Assembly (NCBI GenBank): GCA_951406725.2
Contig: OX597817.1
Location: 59,272,001 to 59,336,000 of the forward strand
Length of the DNA: 64,000 nucleotides
Direction of reading: 5' to 3'
From: Octopus vulgaris
Taxonomy: Eukaryota
Below the pieces are notes generated by a model. It had not been told where the DNA came from. It searched no databases and worked only from the letters and a program-made list of their open reading frames with translations. Shown here piece by piece: positions 39,420 through 53,885 of the stretch. Each line of letters begins with the position of its first letter. The first letter of the stretch is position 1. Made by a program: the position numbers and the translations under genes.

Positions 39420-39655
39420 TCTCACTTATTTCAGTCATTGGATAGCGGCCATGCTGGGGCACCGCCTTGAATGAGGTTTAGCGAAACAAATCTACTTACG
39501 GGTTTTTCTTTTCCTTTTTCTTTTTCTTCGTTTTTTTTTCTTTTTTTTTTTTTGTTAAACCTGGTACTTATTCTGACGGTCTCTTATGCTGAACCGCTAT
39601 GTAGCTAAGTTACGGGAACGTAAACACACCAAATACCGGTTGTCGACCGGTTTAG
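39420..39655 (-). mobile_element. SINE family B, 3' portion
   Basis: Reverse complement of tail motifs. Confidence 0.7.
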
Positions 39656-39820
39656 ACATACACAGACATAAAGATACACAGACACACGCTCGCACACACA
39701 CATACACACACACACACACAAATATATATAATAGAATAGAGCTATAAAATCACGTTAATGATTTTTATCAGGTAGTCATCAAGAAATAAAAATTTATAGG
39801 TAATGAATATATTAAATTAA

Positions 39821-40120
39821 TACAGTTCTATATTTAAGAAATGAGGAATTATGTACATTATTTACTTTATTTACATTTGACGGATATGGCGTAGGGGTTA
39901 AGAGCGCGGGCTACTAACCCCAAGATTCCGAGTTCGATTCCAGGCAGTGACCTGAATAATAGTAATAATAACAATAATAACAATAATAATAATATTAATA
40001 ATAATAATAATAATAACAATAATAATAATATTAATAATAATAATAATAATAACAATAATAATAACTATAATAATAATAATAACATCGAAAAATACCCTAC
40101 GAATGAGAACCCATAAATAA
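39821..40120 (+). mobile_element. Second copy of the tRNA-head/(AAT)n/PLE-tail element, preceded by an inverted 3' end
   Basis: Inverted tail end tacagttctatatttaaga...tttgacgga fused to head tatggcgtaggggttaagagcgcggg...gagttcgattcc, then (AAT)n and aacatcgaaaaatacc...gaatgagaaccca. Confidence 0.75.
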
Positions 40121-40150
40121 TGCATATTAAACTAAATTTATATACTATAG

Positions 40151-40273
40151 GCGCAGGAGAGGCTGTGTGGTAAGTAGCTTGCTTACCAACCACATCGTTC
40201 CGGGTTCAGTCCCACTGCGTGGCACCTTGGACAATTGTCTTTTCCTATAGCCTCGGGCGAACTAAAGTCTCTT

Positions 40274-40362
<89 letters not shown>

Positions 40363-40490
40363 GACGAGCTTCGATACAGTTTCCGTGGCGTCAGTCGGCT
40401 CAGAGCTATAGTAGAAGACACTTGCTCACGGTGGACTGAACCCAAAAACCACAAAGCTGCAAAGCGAGCCTCTTCACCCCGTAGCCATTA
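40151..40490. mobile_element. SINE family B 5' half (+) facing a degenerate minus copy
   Basis: Family B head at 40151; reverse-complement head near 40400-40490. Confidence 0.65.
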
Positions 40491-41398
40491 CCTGTGACTG
40501 ATAGAATCTCAAGCAGGAGATGCTTTTATATTTCTCTGTGCTAAATTATGGTTGTATAAAGTTTCACCTTTTTCCCCTCAAATTTATCTGATTAATATAA
40601 TTTTTTATTGATTTTGTTGTTCATTTAATCCAAAGTTTTTGCGCTACGTCAATAAGGACGATCGAAATTCTTACAACCTAGAAAGAAAAAAAGGAGACTC
40701 GCCCCAGCCTCAAGATCACTCTGATAGTAACAAAACAACAAGAACAACAAAACTTTAGTTATTTCAGCTGTATCAACAAGGCGCTCTTCTAATCTATAAC
40801 ACCTGCTTCTATCAGCGAGGCAAATAAAACATCGTAGATATCAAAACGAGGTATCATCACACAAGCCATCTATATATAATCCCTTAAGTTATTGTCGGAC
40901 ACAGTCGCTTTCTGGCACTTTTTCGCTGTGTCCATAATTGCTGAAGTGACCTGTGGAGTCCAAGCTGTTGAAGAAAAGAGAGAAGTAACTTTTCATCCCA
41001 GATCAAGATCCTGAACAAAAATTTCATGAAATATAAACAATTGACAAACAAAACCACTGAAATGAAATGAGAAGTTTCGATGCCACATCTTTGGATTACG
41101 TATGTAGGATTGAAAGAGTTTATCTGCGATCCTCTATCCTCTGTCGCTTACTTGTTTCAGTTATTACACTGCAGCCATAGCTGGAACACTGACTCGAAGA
41201 GTTTTTAGTCGAACAAATCGACCTCAGAGCCGATTGTTTAGTCTGCTACTAATTCTATCGGTGTCTTTTGCCAAACCTTTACGTTGTGAGACGTGAAAAG
41301 TAAACACTGCTTGTCAAGCGGTGGTGAGGGACACACACACACATACACACACTCGCACACACATACTCATGCAAATATATATATATATATGATATATA

Positions 41399-41430
<32 letters not shown>

Positions 41431-41432
<2 letters not shown>

Positions 41433-41591
41433 TAGAGTAGATGAAACCTTAGCAACTGAAGAAGAGGTTTTTTCGTTGTGTTAATTGTCCTGTACTCCAT
41501 TTTTTGTTGTTTTTAAAAAAATGTCCAGTTCCTTTGGTTTGTGTCTGTTTTCGTTTCTCTTTGTGTTCGACGTCCCTTTGGTGTCCTGTAC
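41431..41591 (+). mobile_element. 5'-truncated relative of PLE-like family P2, starting directly after (TA)n
   Basis: gagtagatgaaaccttagcaa CTGAAGA A gagg ... tggtgtcctgtac aligns with the reverse complement of 14082-14240. Confidence 0.6.
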
Positions 41592-41672
41592 TCATATATG
41601 CGTGTATATGTACATGTAGAGGTAGGTACGTACATATATGTTTATATATATGCATATGTTTTATTTCATTTA

Positions 41673-41798
<126 letters not shown>

Positions 41799-41799
41799 A

Positions 41800-41881
<82 letters not shown>

Positions 41882-42139
41882 CACATTCTAGCACTTCCTC
41901 TCTTTTTCCGAATGTATGTATATGTATATATGTATGTACGTATGTACGTATGTATGTATGTATGTATGTATTCATGCATGTATGTATGTATGCATGTGTG
42001 TATATATATATGAATATATGTGTATGTGTGTATGCGTATGTGTGTATATATATATCCACATGTATTTACGCATCTATGTCTGTATACATGTTTACATAAA
42101 CAGATACATGTATGTATAATCTAGCTCTTCTCTTTTCTC

Positions 42140-42197
<58 letters not shown>

Positions 42198-42699
42198 TAT
42201 GTGTATACGCATATATCTAAACGTCTGTAGGCGTGTTTACATAAACACATACAGAAATGCAAATGTGTCTAAAAACAATGAACGCATCGATATTTGAGAA
42301 CAATCGTTTGCAATTATGCACAAAATGTAGGTAGCAGATCATAAAATGTAGAACGTAACTCAATATTTACACCTGCTTCACTGCTCTGCTCAGGAAAGAA
42401 TTTTGTTTTCAAAGTCTGCTTTCCTAAATTATCAAAAAGCACTCCCTACTCGCGAATAACACGCAGTTAAAAGATCTCACTTGCTACAAAGGCGAGGCCT
42501 CACTATCTCTTGTTATCTATTTAGCAACTTCACATATGTCTATCACTGCCAAAACTGTATCCTAAACTCTAAGATTGTTTCAGTGCTAACTGCAGAACGT
42601 CTACGAAACTCAAGTGCAACTCAATTTAGAGTCTCATTCACATATGTGTGACGGAATTGCTGCTCTGCACACACGCGTGTCTCTTTGTTTTAGACCAAG

Positions 42700-44150
42700 T
42701 AACATGGGCATCAGCGGTAATATTAATAGAATAGGTGTCATGGGTGACAGGCTATTCCCTTGAAAGACATGTTTATTTCTACAGACCATAAGGATTTTTC
42801 ACGAAATGTTTGGCCAATTCTCTAGGATTTCATTCTGCTTCCAGTCACATTCTTTATCTTCGGAACAATTTTGAAATGGTCCAGGCATTTCATAATCCAC
42901 GGGTGGGGGACCATGTCAAAAGCCTTTTTGTTGTCCATCCACGCCATTGGCGGTCCAGTTTGTCTCCTTTTGTATTTCTCGTAATCATTGTATCCATCAC
43001 AAATTGGTGCTTGGTGCCTCTGGATTGCTTTCCCAAAGCTTTTTGCTCTGTAGGTAGGAGGCCCTTCTCAGCCAGGTGGTCATATATCTCTTGGACAAAT
43101 ATTCCTGTGAATATTCTTCCCTGTTTTGGGAGACAAGTGATTAGGTGACAGTTTCTTCTTTTCATTCATGAGAAGTGTTCATCACCATTTAGTTCGCCAA
43201 TCGGAAACAAGTCCCTTTTTTTTTAATTTTGAGCATTGATCCATCATTTCTGCTAGCATGTCTCCATCCGTCATATCCTTATACCCCATCTGAACCAAAT
43301 GGCTTCCAGTTGGGTAATTTCCTGATCTGTTTCAAGAGGAATACTCGAAATACCCTGATCTAATTCTCTCTCTCTCCCTCCCCCCTCTCTCTCTCCATTC
43401 CACCTCTCTCCCCCACCCCTCTCTGCTTTATGTCGAGTGCGCATGGCCCAGTGGTTAGGGTGTTGCTCTCATGATCGTGAGGTCGTGGTTTCAATTCTTC
43501 GACCAGGTGGTGCTTTGTATTCTTCTGCAAAACACTTCATTTCGCGTTGCTTTGCATTTACTTCAACACCTGACGCCTGACACCTGTTCGGGTATCATCG
43601 GTTTGGTGGAGGGATTGAACTAACGCACAGCACATACATTTGATCCCGAAACACAAATCATTTGTGCTGCTTGTTGGGTAAGAAATTGCAGAACCGTCTT
43701 TCCCAGGTTACGAGAGACTACCATTCACTTGCTTTAACCATGCTGCCTTTTTATAGCAATCTTTCTGCGGACCCCATTTATTAAGCCCAGAATGTTATGC
43801 TCCCCTCTGCCCCTGAGATTACGCCAGTTCCCTTCTCTATCACTTCTAGTTTTTCGAACAATCTGTTTTGGTTGTTTGGGAACAGTCTCTTTTTGTCGGA
43901 ATTTATCTCTTCTTCTTTCATTCCATTTGTATTTCTCTCTGTTTCCTGCCGTATGCTGTTTAACCTCTTCAGTTACTACTGTTACGTTATTCCGCTTCAC
44001 AGCCTAGAAGAGACTGCGTTTTTGAGGAGGTTTTTCGTTTCGTAATTTACCTTCTTTCAGGTAGTAAAGTTGATTAACTTCTTTTCTGTGGATCTTAATT
44101 AGCCTCTCGGCCCTTCACTTCCACCAGGGTTCCTTCTTTCCAGTGTAAGT
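42700..44150 (-). pseudogene. R4/Dong-clade LINE remnant (pre-RT and RT), interrupted by a SINE
   Basis: Motifs KEPWWK, LPNWKPFGSDG, ITCLP...IYDHL...LLPTEQK...RGTKHQ and VFQGNSLSP across frameshifts. Confidence 0.8.
43438..43722 (+). mobile_element. tRNA-derived SINE (family D) nested in the Dong-like LINE
   Basis: gcgcatggcccagtggttagg...ggtttcaattc; homologous to 30148-30440. Confidence 0.8.
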
Positions 44151-44668
44151 TGGTGATAGTGATGGTGATGGTGATGGTGGTTGACTGGCAGAATCGCTAA
44201 CGTGTCAGAGAGAAAACGCTTGGCGTGTGTTTGTTCTTGCTCTTTACGTTCGGTGTTCAAATCTGGCATTTTATCTTTCCGGGTTCGATAAAAGCAAAAA
44301 CACTCGCCAAGTACTGTGGAGGATTTAAGTGACTAACCCTAACAACTTTACTCAAATTTATGACTTTGCACCTATGTCAGCAACCATTTATGCTTTATTT
44401 TTTTTTAATAACAATAAAGGCGAGCATAAGAACAGACACATACTCAAGCTTACACACGCACACACACACACGCAAACACACACACACACACATGCACTCT
44501 CACACACACACACACACACACGCAAACACTCTAACGTACCCACAAGCACGCACGCACGCGCGCACAAACAACTATTTTCAATGCACAAGTTTAAAATACC
44601 GGAGCTGGTTGATTTATGCAGCAAGTACCCGGGTATTTGTAAGTGTAAGTGTGCATGTATGTGTGTGT

Positions 44669-44752
<84 letters not shown>

Positions 44753-45689
44753 TGTTTGGGGCTCAGTCAGGCATGACACTTGAGCTACAGCTGCCGCACA
44801 TCCATTTGTTGTTTGCCTCTTAACCCGGACCTATTCTTCTCAGAAACTAGATTTTACCACTCCTCTTTCTTTTCTTTTATTCTATTTTATTTCCTTTTTT
44901 AAAAAAAAAATTCCATTTGATATCATGTAATGTGTTTGACAATAGCCCAGTTATTAAGTTTCCAACAAGCCAGAGATTGGTTCACGCTACTTCACATGGC
45001 GGGAATCAGAATGCAATGTCTGTGCAATTTGGACCGAATAACCAAAGGGAAGTTTTGTTCGAACACAGTAGTTTATTGACGGTCTTTGTTTTTATTTATT
45101 TTACTGATGAATGAAATTTTGTTGTGTCTTGGGAGGGCCATTACATAAATAACGATACCACACGCACAGGTTCAATTCCACTTCTTTATTCAGTTGTTTA
45201 AATATCTAACCAACAAACCTAGGCGATCGTTTGTTTAATGTATTGGTTAAACACTCAATCGGTCGCTTGTCAGTCAAAGTCCTTTCGTCGCTATTTACGA
45301 CCTTTTCAGTGACTTAATAACTTCCCAACCCGTTCCAAGGTCCGCTCTGAGTCTGTATAAAACTCTAACCGATATACATCAGCAAATGATACAGGCGGGC
45401 CCTCGCGCATACACGGCGCAGTGTGATCAAGAAGTTTCCGGATTCGATCCTACAGCGTGACGTCATAGGCAACTGTAATTTTCTTTAACCTCTGGTCAAC
45501 CCATATCTTATGAGTGAAACTGAATTGACGGAAACTGTAGAGAAGCCCGTATAGCAGTAATTCAAAATTGCAGGCATATGGAGAGCATAAAGGCTGGAGA
45601 GCATAAAGGTTGAGGTTGTAGTTGAGAAAATGTTAGTTAGCTAGCATGGATGACTGGAATCTACTCGAATATTGGTAAAGAGTTACCTT

Positions 45690-46395
45690 GTACCATGCTG
45701 ATTCGGACCAGACATCAAAATGCCGACATCGTGACCGTTGCTCAGTTCTATCTGAACCCTGTAAAAGCTGTAAGACATGACATGGACGGTAGTAAGGGAG
45801 ACTACGAAGCCGTGGTCACCCGGAAGGGACACAGCAGATGTTCTGACTGTGTTCGCACGCCGGAGTTCTTCCCTACATCTTTAAACAGGGTCTTAAACTT
45901 AATTCAACGGTTATTTGAAGATGCTGGAGATTGTGATGAAACCACAACTGGATAAGGTTGTTGTAAGGGTAGCAGGACTCGTTTCTTCTCATTCCTCCGG
46001 AAAGAGTCAGAGGTGGTTGTCGTAGAATTTCTCCAACTTCACCAGTTCCAATTTCTAGCCTCCTCATATTCCTGATTGTAATCTCATGGATGCTATGCGC
46101 GGCGCGGTTTGAGAAAGACACCAACAACTCTACCCGCACTGCCAAGGCCGAACTGGTGGCCAAGATCAAAGAAGTGCTCGAAGATCTTTTCAGAAGCACA
46201 GTGAGGAACGCATGCACCAAGTTTCGGAGCCGTTTTGAAGCCGTGGTGGAAGCTGAGGATAACAAACTGTTATCTGCCAGCCATATTCTGGTGGAGATCT
46301 TTTGGGGTCTTTTAAAAATACTTTTTATTTTTGTATGAGACATTGTGTTTTCTTTTCCTTTTCTGCAAACTGTTTCAATTTAGCCCCGAACACAC
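45690..46395 (+). mobile_element. Internally deleted Tc1/mariner (maT/DD37D-like) remnant
   Basis: F*PPHIPDCNLMD resembles WPPxSPDLNPLD; followed by VRNACTKFRSRFEAVVEA C-terminus. Confidence 0.65.
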
Positions 46396-46468
46396 ACGGC
46401 ACACACACATAAGAATATCACGTCGTATTACCTACACTAATATAATGACATACACCAACACAAACATA

Positions 46469-46532
<64 letters not shown>

Positions 46533-46575
46533 TTATGCATGTATGTATATATATATATGTGTGTGTGTGTGTATG

Positions 46576-46641
<66 letters not shown>

Positions 46642-46728
46642 TGTGTGTGGATAGACAGATAGATAGAGAGAAATCAAAGGCAAGACAAAAAGAACACAAC
46701 AAGCGGAAATCAAACAAAGCACAACTTT

Positions 46729-46798
<70 letters not shown>

Positions 46799-46838
46799 GT
46801 TCTCTCTCACTCTCTTTCTCTCTCTCATACACACACAC

Positions 46839-46871
<33 letters not shown>

Positions 46872-47007
46872 TACACATACACACACATGCACACGCTCAC
46901 ATACTTTCATAAAGTCATTTATCACCTGCATGCTAAAATCATTGTAGCACACGGATACTGAGAGAGAGGTGGGGGAGGAAAGAAAGAAAGAAAGACAAAA
47001 AGAAGGA

Positions 47008-47051
<44 letters not shown>

Positions 47052-47144
47052 AGAAAGAAAGAAAGAAAGAAAGAAGGAAGGAAAGAGAGGAGCTTGTAAA
47101 AAATATTTGCCATTAGCATACTACCACAAGTATACACTAACGCT

Positions 47145-47175
<31 letters not shown>

Positions 47176-47611
47176 CATCATTACCACCGCCGCCACAGTC
47201 TCTTGTTTTTTTTATCTGACGCCCTCACATCTTAAAAAACAGTCTTCCTTCCCTGAATGTGTGGAATGCACAAAACAATTTCTTTCAGACAATTTAGACT
47301 TAAAGAGAAATGAACATTAGGTCTGTGTCCCCTCCCCGCTCCCCTGACTCCTCCCCGTCCCTCTCACCTCCTCGAATGGAATTTAATCAGAGGAAGAAGA
47401 AGAGAAGAAGGGATTCAGCGAAAGAATTACACTTATTAGGGGACTTTGACACAACTCGGGGTTCAGAGAGGGGTTTGCAAGGGGAATATTCGCGACTTAA
47501 GAGCTTGGTTGCCCAGGAAAAAATTAGAGGATCAAGAATTTTGAACCTGTTTAACATTGAAATATACGCAGCCTAGCAGAGCAGGTACAGAACACTCACA
47601 AAGCACAAACA

Positions 47612-48690
47612 TATTCTCTGGAGACCGTTTTTGTAGAAGACCCCAGCTTGGTCCTCCAACCACGACGTGACTTCAGAAATCAAGGCTGCATCATCTGGGA
47701 AATACTTTCCTTTCAAAAACAACTTCATGGCTCGGAAGAGGTGAAAATCAGAGGGTGCAAGGTCAGGAGAGTAGTTCATAGGGGAGGAGTTCATAGCCGC
47801 ACGCCTGTGCTTCTGATCTGGCGACACGCGAGTTGTAGACCGGAGCGTTGTCCTGCAGGAGGAGGATGCCTTTGCTGATCTTACCCCGCCTCTTGATTTT
47901 GATAGCTTCTCTTAATTTCCTCAAAAGTGAAGCATAATAGGCTCCTGTAATTGTGGTACCCTTTGCCAGGAAATCTGTTATCACTACTCCGTCCTGGCCC
48001 CAGAAGACTTTGAGCATGACCTTGCCAGCGGAGGGCTGCACCCTTGCCTTCTTTGGAGGAGGTGAGTCATGGTGCTTCCACTGCATTGACTGGGCTTTGG
48101 TGTCTGGATCATAGTGATGGACCCAGGTTTCTTGCTTCTGGAAAGGTGTGAACAACCTGGGAATCCATCTGGCAGACACCTTTTGCATATGCAAATGGTC
48201 ATGAATGATAGTTTCCACAGACCCGGTACTAAACTTGACCTCATGGGATATTTGGCGAATAGTTATGCGTCGATCTTCCAAAATGGCAGCCCCAACTTGA
48301 TGGACAGATGCCTCATCAATGGCAGACGGGGGGCGACCAGATCTGGGAGCTGTTTCCGCAGAGTTCCAACCATGTTTGAATTCACGATGCCAGCGTTTTA
48401 CAAGGTCATATGATGGGGCATCATCACCATAAGTTACTTTCATTTAATCAAAAGTCTCCTGTGGTGTGCGTCCTTTCAAATACAAAAACCGGATCACTGC
48501 TCGACACTCAACAGGCTCCATTTCACACTTGACTCAGTTCAAACACCTGTATATCAGAAACCACAATTAGTTCAGAGCTGTAATTTGCCACTTAATCTAG
48601 AGAGATATAAATAATTGCACATGTAAATTTTCAGCTAGATCAAACAACTGCAAGTGGGTCAGAGGCTTTACTTATTGAACGCCCCTCGTA
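47612..48690 (-). mobile_element. Mariner transposon with an inactivated transposase and one TIR
   Basis: TA-cgaggggcgttcaataagtaa TIR at 48668-48690; ATG at 48521 (MEPVECRAVIRFL); in-frame stop; WIPR, ETW, QDNA and YSPDLAPSD motifs; an internal deletion removes the first catalytic D; frameshift near 47780. Confidence 0.92.
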
Positions 48691-48691
48691 T

Positions 48692-49155
48692 AAAAGATGG
48701 TCTACAGCAAATATTCTGCTCAATACCACAGATTTGCTGGTCAGTTGTTTGATCTTAACCAGTTGACCATGTCCCTTAGTGGCTGATGATACGTGCATCT
48801 CTGATCACGAGCAGAAGTAGAGGGGGAGCATCATAGTCGTGTGTTGGGAGCAATTCTTTGGGGTTTGAATAATTCTCCTCTGGAAACATGGGTGTTTCAT
48901 TCAACATCCTTAAACAAACTTTATTCAGGGACCTTTTGAGCGAGATGGATTACTCGACCAGAAGAAAATTCTAACTAGGCCCCACCCGCATGGTCATGTG
49001 CTGTTTATCTTGATATGAGATCTCTTTGTCGCGCACACATGGTTGTGATGCATGTGCCTAGTGTACTCTTATCAGACGGGTAGTCATGATGGGTATACTG
49101 AGCTTCGTATATATTACCCCAGTGTCACTTTGATGGCATGCACTGCTCTCTCACT
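48692..49155. mobile_element. Interspersed repeat of unresolved class
   Basis: Complex non-coding block between the mariner TIR and a microsatellite; class not determinable here. Confidence 0.35.
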
Positions 49156-49608
49156 CATACATACATACATACATACGTAGGTAGGTAGGTAGGTAGATAG
49201 GTAGGTAGGTAGGTAGGTAGGTAGGTAGGTAGGTAGGTAGGTAGGTAGGTAGGTAGGTAGGTAAGTAAGTAAGTAAGTAGACGTGCGTGCTCTCCATTCT
49301 CCACTCTCTCCATCTCTTTTCTCTCCACATTCCTTTCTGCAATGTAGAGCAAGCTCAAAACGTCAATGACTTCTTCGAATTTTCCTAAGCGTCAAATTAA
49401 CCCACCATGTTTGTTCTTCCCTTAATGATCTGTCTTTTGTTTTTTGCATCATTTTGAACCATACAAACACACGTACATACATACATACATACATACATAC
49501 ATACATACATACATACATACATACATACATACATACGTACATACATACGTGCATACATACATACATACATACATACATACATACATACATACATACATAC
49601 ATTCATAC

Positions 49609-49690
<82 letters not shown>

Positions 49691-49761
49691 GTATGTATAT
49701 ATAAATTAGAAAAAAACACCTTTTGTTAATTCAATAATGAAAAATTAAATTATATTCCCTC

Positions 49762-49820
<59 letters not shown>

Positions 49821-49822
<2 letters not shown>

Positions 49823-49978
49823 GCGTGGCTGTGTGGAAAGAAGCTTGCTTCCCAACCACATGGTTCTAGATTCAGTGCCACTGCGTGGCACCTTGGGCGA
49901 GTGTCTTCTACTATAGCCTCGCGCTGACCAAAGCCTTGTGATTGGATTTGGTAGACGGAAACTGAAAAGAAGAGCCCT
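49821..49978 (+). mobile_element. SINE family B, 5' half
   Basis: Shared head. Confidence 0.85.
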
Positions 49979-50533
49979 TCATTTATATATACAACAGCAA
50001 AGTTTGGAGGAAATATCAACTATTTTTCATACTTCCTATGGGTCAGCAAATCGAAAATAACAGTTGCAATCCAAGGACAAAAATCGTGTTACACTATACA
50101 ATGTCATTTGACATCCATTAATATTTCAGCGCCTTGTCTAAATTTTGGGATGGAATTATTTCAGTTGATTTTATAGTTGTTATTTCATTGAAAACAGAGA
50201 GAGAAAAGTCACCACAGAAAGTTTCTTCAAATTGTACTAACAATATTTTCAGTATTTCAAAGATGTTTTCTTGTCTTACAAACAAAAATCCCAGATTTCC
50301 AACGAGCTTTTTTTGTTTGTTTTTTTTTTTTTTTTTGTTTTTTTTTTTCCTTTTTTTTTGTTTTTTCTTGATAAATTCAAAAATAATTCGTTCTGCTATA
50401 GTCACACGACCCCACGTTTGGTGAGCCTTGTCGGTTGCATCGACACTAGTGCTAAACTGATACTTATTCTTTCGACTCCATAAAAGAATTACAGTAATTT
50501 CTCCTACATTCCGCTCTGTGTATCGCAACCAGT

Positions 50534-50950
50534 AATACCTATTTCTTTACTACCCACAAGGGGCTAAACACAGAGGGGACAAACAAGGATAGACAAACGG
50601 ATTAAGTTGATTACATCGACCCCAGTGCGTAACTGGTACTTATTTAATCGACCCCGAAAGGATGAAAGGCAAAGTCGACCTCTGCGGAATTTGAACCCAC
50701 AACGTAGCGGCAGACGAAATACCTATTTCTTTATTACCCACAAGGGGCTAAACACAGAGGGGACAAACAAGGACAAACATAGGTATTAAGTCGATTACAT
50801 CGACCCCAGTGCGTAACTGGTACTTTATTTATCGACCCCGAAAGGATGAAAGGCAAAGTCGACCTCGGTGGAATTCGAACTCATAACGTAACGGCAGACG
50901 AAATACCGCTAAGCATTTCGCCCGGCGTGCTAACGTTTCTGCCAGCTCGC
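50534..50950 (-). mobile_element. SINE family A dimer (184-bp units), flanked by a duplicated gcaaccagtaatacc
   Basis: Head at 50950; unit junctions near 50720 and 50536; gcaaccagtaatacc occurs at 50525 and 50949. Confidence 0.9.
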
Positions 50951-52304
50951 AACCAGTAATACCGTTGAGTAGATTAGTAACAACATCACTTTATTAGAAG
51001 TTGACTGGATAACATTGTATATGGAGCACTAAGCGCAACATTTGCAGTCATACATTTTAACAGTACACATACACACACGTACATAACCTCACGCACACAT
51101 GCAGACACACACACACACCACCGCCGCAACCACCACCACCACACCACACACACGCACACAAAGCCGTTGTCTGCAGCCAAGTCAGAGGAATATCGAAATA
51201 TCCAACTGTATTAAACGATCGTAGTTATTTATTAGCAGCCATGAAAAAGTTAGTCAGAAATTGAAGGACAATGTCAGGTAACTATCTCAAGTAATCAGCC
51301 AACACAAAGGTGAAAAATGATCGTGAGGGTGGATAGGGGGGCAGCGCGGATATGCATTACTGGAGTCAGTGAAGCGTCATGAAACGGCAGGTGCCACACA
51401 ACATCTGTCAACAATTGCTATTCAGTTCATTATAGATACTGCCATGAAATAGTTTGGGTACCTACCTCCTTCCCTACCCAGCTACACACATATCTACCTC
51501 TCTACATACCTCTTCCCACAACTCATTGTCTTTCTCTATTCATTTCAATGAATGCATGTGTGTGTATGGTATGTTGTATGTGAATACGCGTTGCGTATGT
51601 GAATACGTATGCGCCCGTTATTGACAGCTTTAAAGCCATTACCTCGCCGTCCATCTGCTCGCTTCTCCTTCTCTTCTCCTTCCCTTCCTCATATCTTTAA
51701 TCGGATCCTACATAGCTGTCATTCCTTCTAAAAACACCCAACGTCGAGTCAAACTGCTTGTCACAATCACTGAAAGCTTTAATAATTGGCAACAATAGAA
51801 AAATCAAATAAACAAAACCTGGGTCACTCGTTATAATTGATTTATTATTTAACTAAGTACTGAAGCCCTTTTGTTAGTTAAAGGCTCATTGGAAGGATAG
51901 TATCCATGCCTTGCTCTAGTACTACTAACAATTTTTAAGTGAAATATTTTCAACAAGATCTATGAAAAATGTCAGAGTATCAGTTCAAATTTTCACCACA
52001 ATTTTAACTTCAATATCGATCGTCTGCCCACGGGGCGGTGGACTAAGAAAATTTTTTGAGTTTCAGATAAAATGACATGCGGTTTCAGGTCTTTATCTTT
52101 TGAATTCAAGTCACACCAAGATCGACTTTGCTGGGGGTTCGATAAAAATAACGAGTTAATTAAGTACTAGGGTTGACTTCATCCATTCACCTCGTACTCC
52201 AAAGGTTTGAGTGAGTGGTTGAAAATTTCGCTTTGCAATCATAAGATTTGTGTGGAATTGGATGGATGGAAACTGTGTGCAGTTCGCGAGTGTAATACAA
52301 ATAC

Positions 52305-52411
52305 CTGTTGGTGTCTGGCGCGAATAAGACCACCAAAAACTGCAACATGAAAAAGGCTCGAAAGAAGAACCAGGCCGCATCGTCAGACTCGCGGAACAGC
52401 AAGAGACACAT
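52305..52411 (-). CDS. Candidate first coding exon; frame uncertain (MCLLLFRE...DTN from 52411, or MRPGSSF...TPT from 52380)
   Basis: GC/CpG-rich unique sequence; donor CAG|gtattt. Confidence 0.35.
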
Positions 52412-52697
52412 TCGGTTCTTAGGCAGGGATGGCCGTTCGAAAGCTTTGTTAACCTCCACGCAGTGTCGCTACAACCAGCGATAAACTAACAACTTATTTT
52501 GGGAGACGTGATAGGAGCACAAAGGATGTGCGTTCCAGGACCCTGAAGAGAGTCCAGGAGGGAACAACGCTTGGTAAGTGAAATAACGGTTGCTTCAGAC
52601 AGAGTCCTTTGGAGGAGGTGCCTGAGGACTCTCCCTCCACGACCCTCCCAGGAATAGTGGACGGAGAAGGAAGGAAGGAAAGATAGATGGACAGATG

Positions 52698-52770
<73 letters not shown>

Positions 52771-52865
52771 TGAAGAGGTGGTGAAAGACAAAAGAGACAA
52801 AAGAACATTGACAATGGTGGTGGTGGTGGTGGTGGTGGTGGTGGTGGTGGTGAAGACTACAGAGG

Positions 52866-52923
<58 letters not shown>

Positions 52924-53600
52924 GAATTACAGCAAAAATAACAACAACCACAACAAGCAAACAGAAGTAGAAGAAATGAAAAAAAAAAAAAAAAAGACGA
53001 GAAAAGCGACTTTGAAAGTGTCTTGTATCTGCTGACCAGATTTCTCTGAAACGTTTAGTCAGTGTGATGTTGGTAAACAGAAATTATATTAACTTCTTTG
53101 AAAGTAAGAATGTGGAACGTTTGAAAAAAGTATTCAGAAAACAGACCACACACATGTTTCAAGTGTGTTATAAACCGGTAAACAGCGCTGTTCTAACGTT
53201 TTCAGTAACGTCCGACACATCAAATCTTCCCGATTTTTATTGCTTTATATTATATTTTTTAATGGAAATTTTCATTGTCAAACGTAATGGAGGACATGTT
53301 TGCCAATTTTCAAGTCAGGGGGGAAAAAAACGAAAGAAACAAAAAAGAAACAAAAAAAAATAACGCTCAAGAAATTATTCTCAGCTTTTCTTAATAGGAG
53401 AGCAAGATAAAACACATTTGATGTAGTTTACTATCGACAAAAGTGCTTTATATATATGTATATACATACATACACACATACGTACGTACGTACGTACGTA
53501 CATACATACATATATACATACATACATACATACATACATACATACATACATACATACATACATTCATACATACATACATACATACATACATACATACATG

Positions 53601-53684
<84 letters not shown>

Positions 53685-53836
53685 GCTGCATGGGTAGATA
53701 TACCTATCAGGTAGTGCTTATTAAGCTTGACGTGGCCTAGGCCAATCTTTGTCCATGTCTGTATATAAATATGTGTGTGTGTGAGAGAGAGAGAGAGAGT
53801 GTGTGTGTGTGTGTGAGGGAGAGAGAGAGAGAAAGA

Positions 53837-53885
<49 letters not shown>

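Noticed and set aside
40800-41011. Additional minus-strand exon or hairpin (ggacacag/ctgtgtcc)
   Set aside because: Acceptors are plausible, but there is no convincing donor or long frame, and the hairpin is too short to call a miRNA.
47763-48443. 226-aa ORF as a functional transposase or SETMAR-like gene
   Set aside because: Upstream in-frame stop, deletion of the first catalytic aspartate region, a frameshift and a missing second TIR.
48767-48891. Possible type III hammerhead: ccatGTC ... CTGATGA ... GAAACatgg
   Set aside because: Stem III is good, but stem I is only 2 bp and stem II is not formed next to the core across about 90 nt; unsupported without a family consensus.
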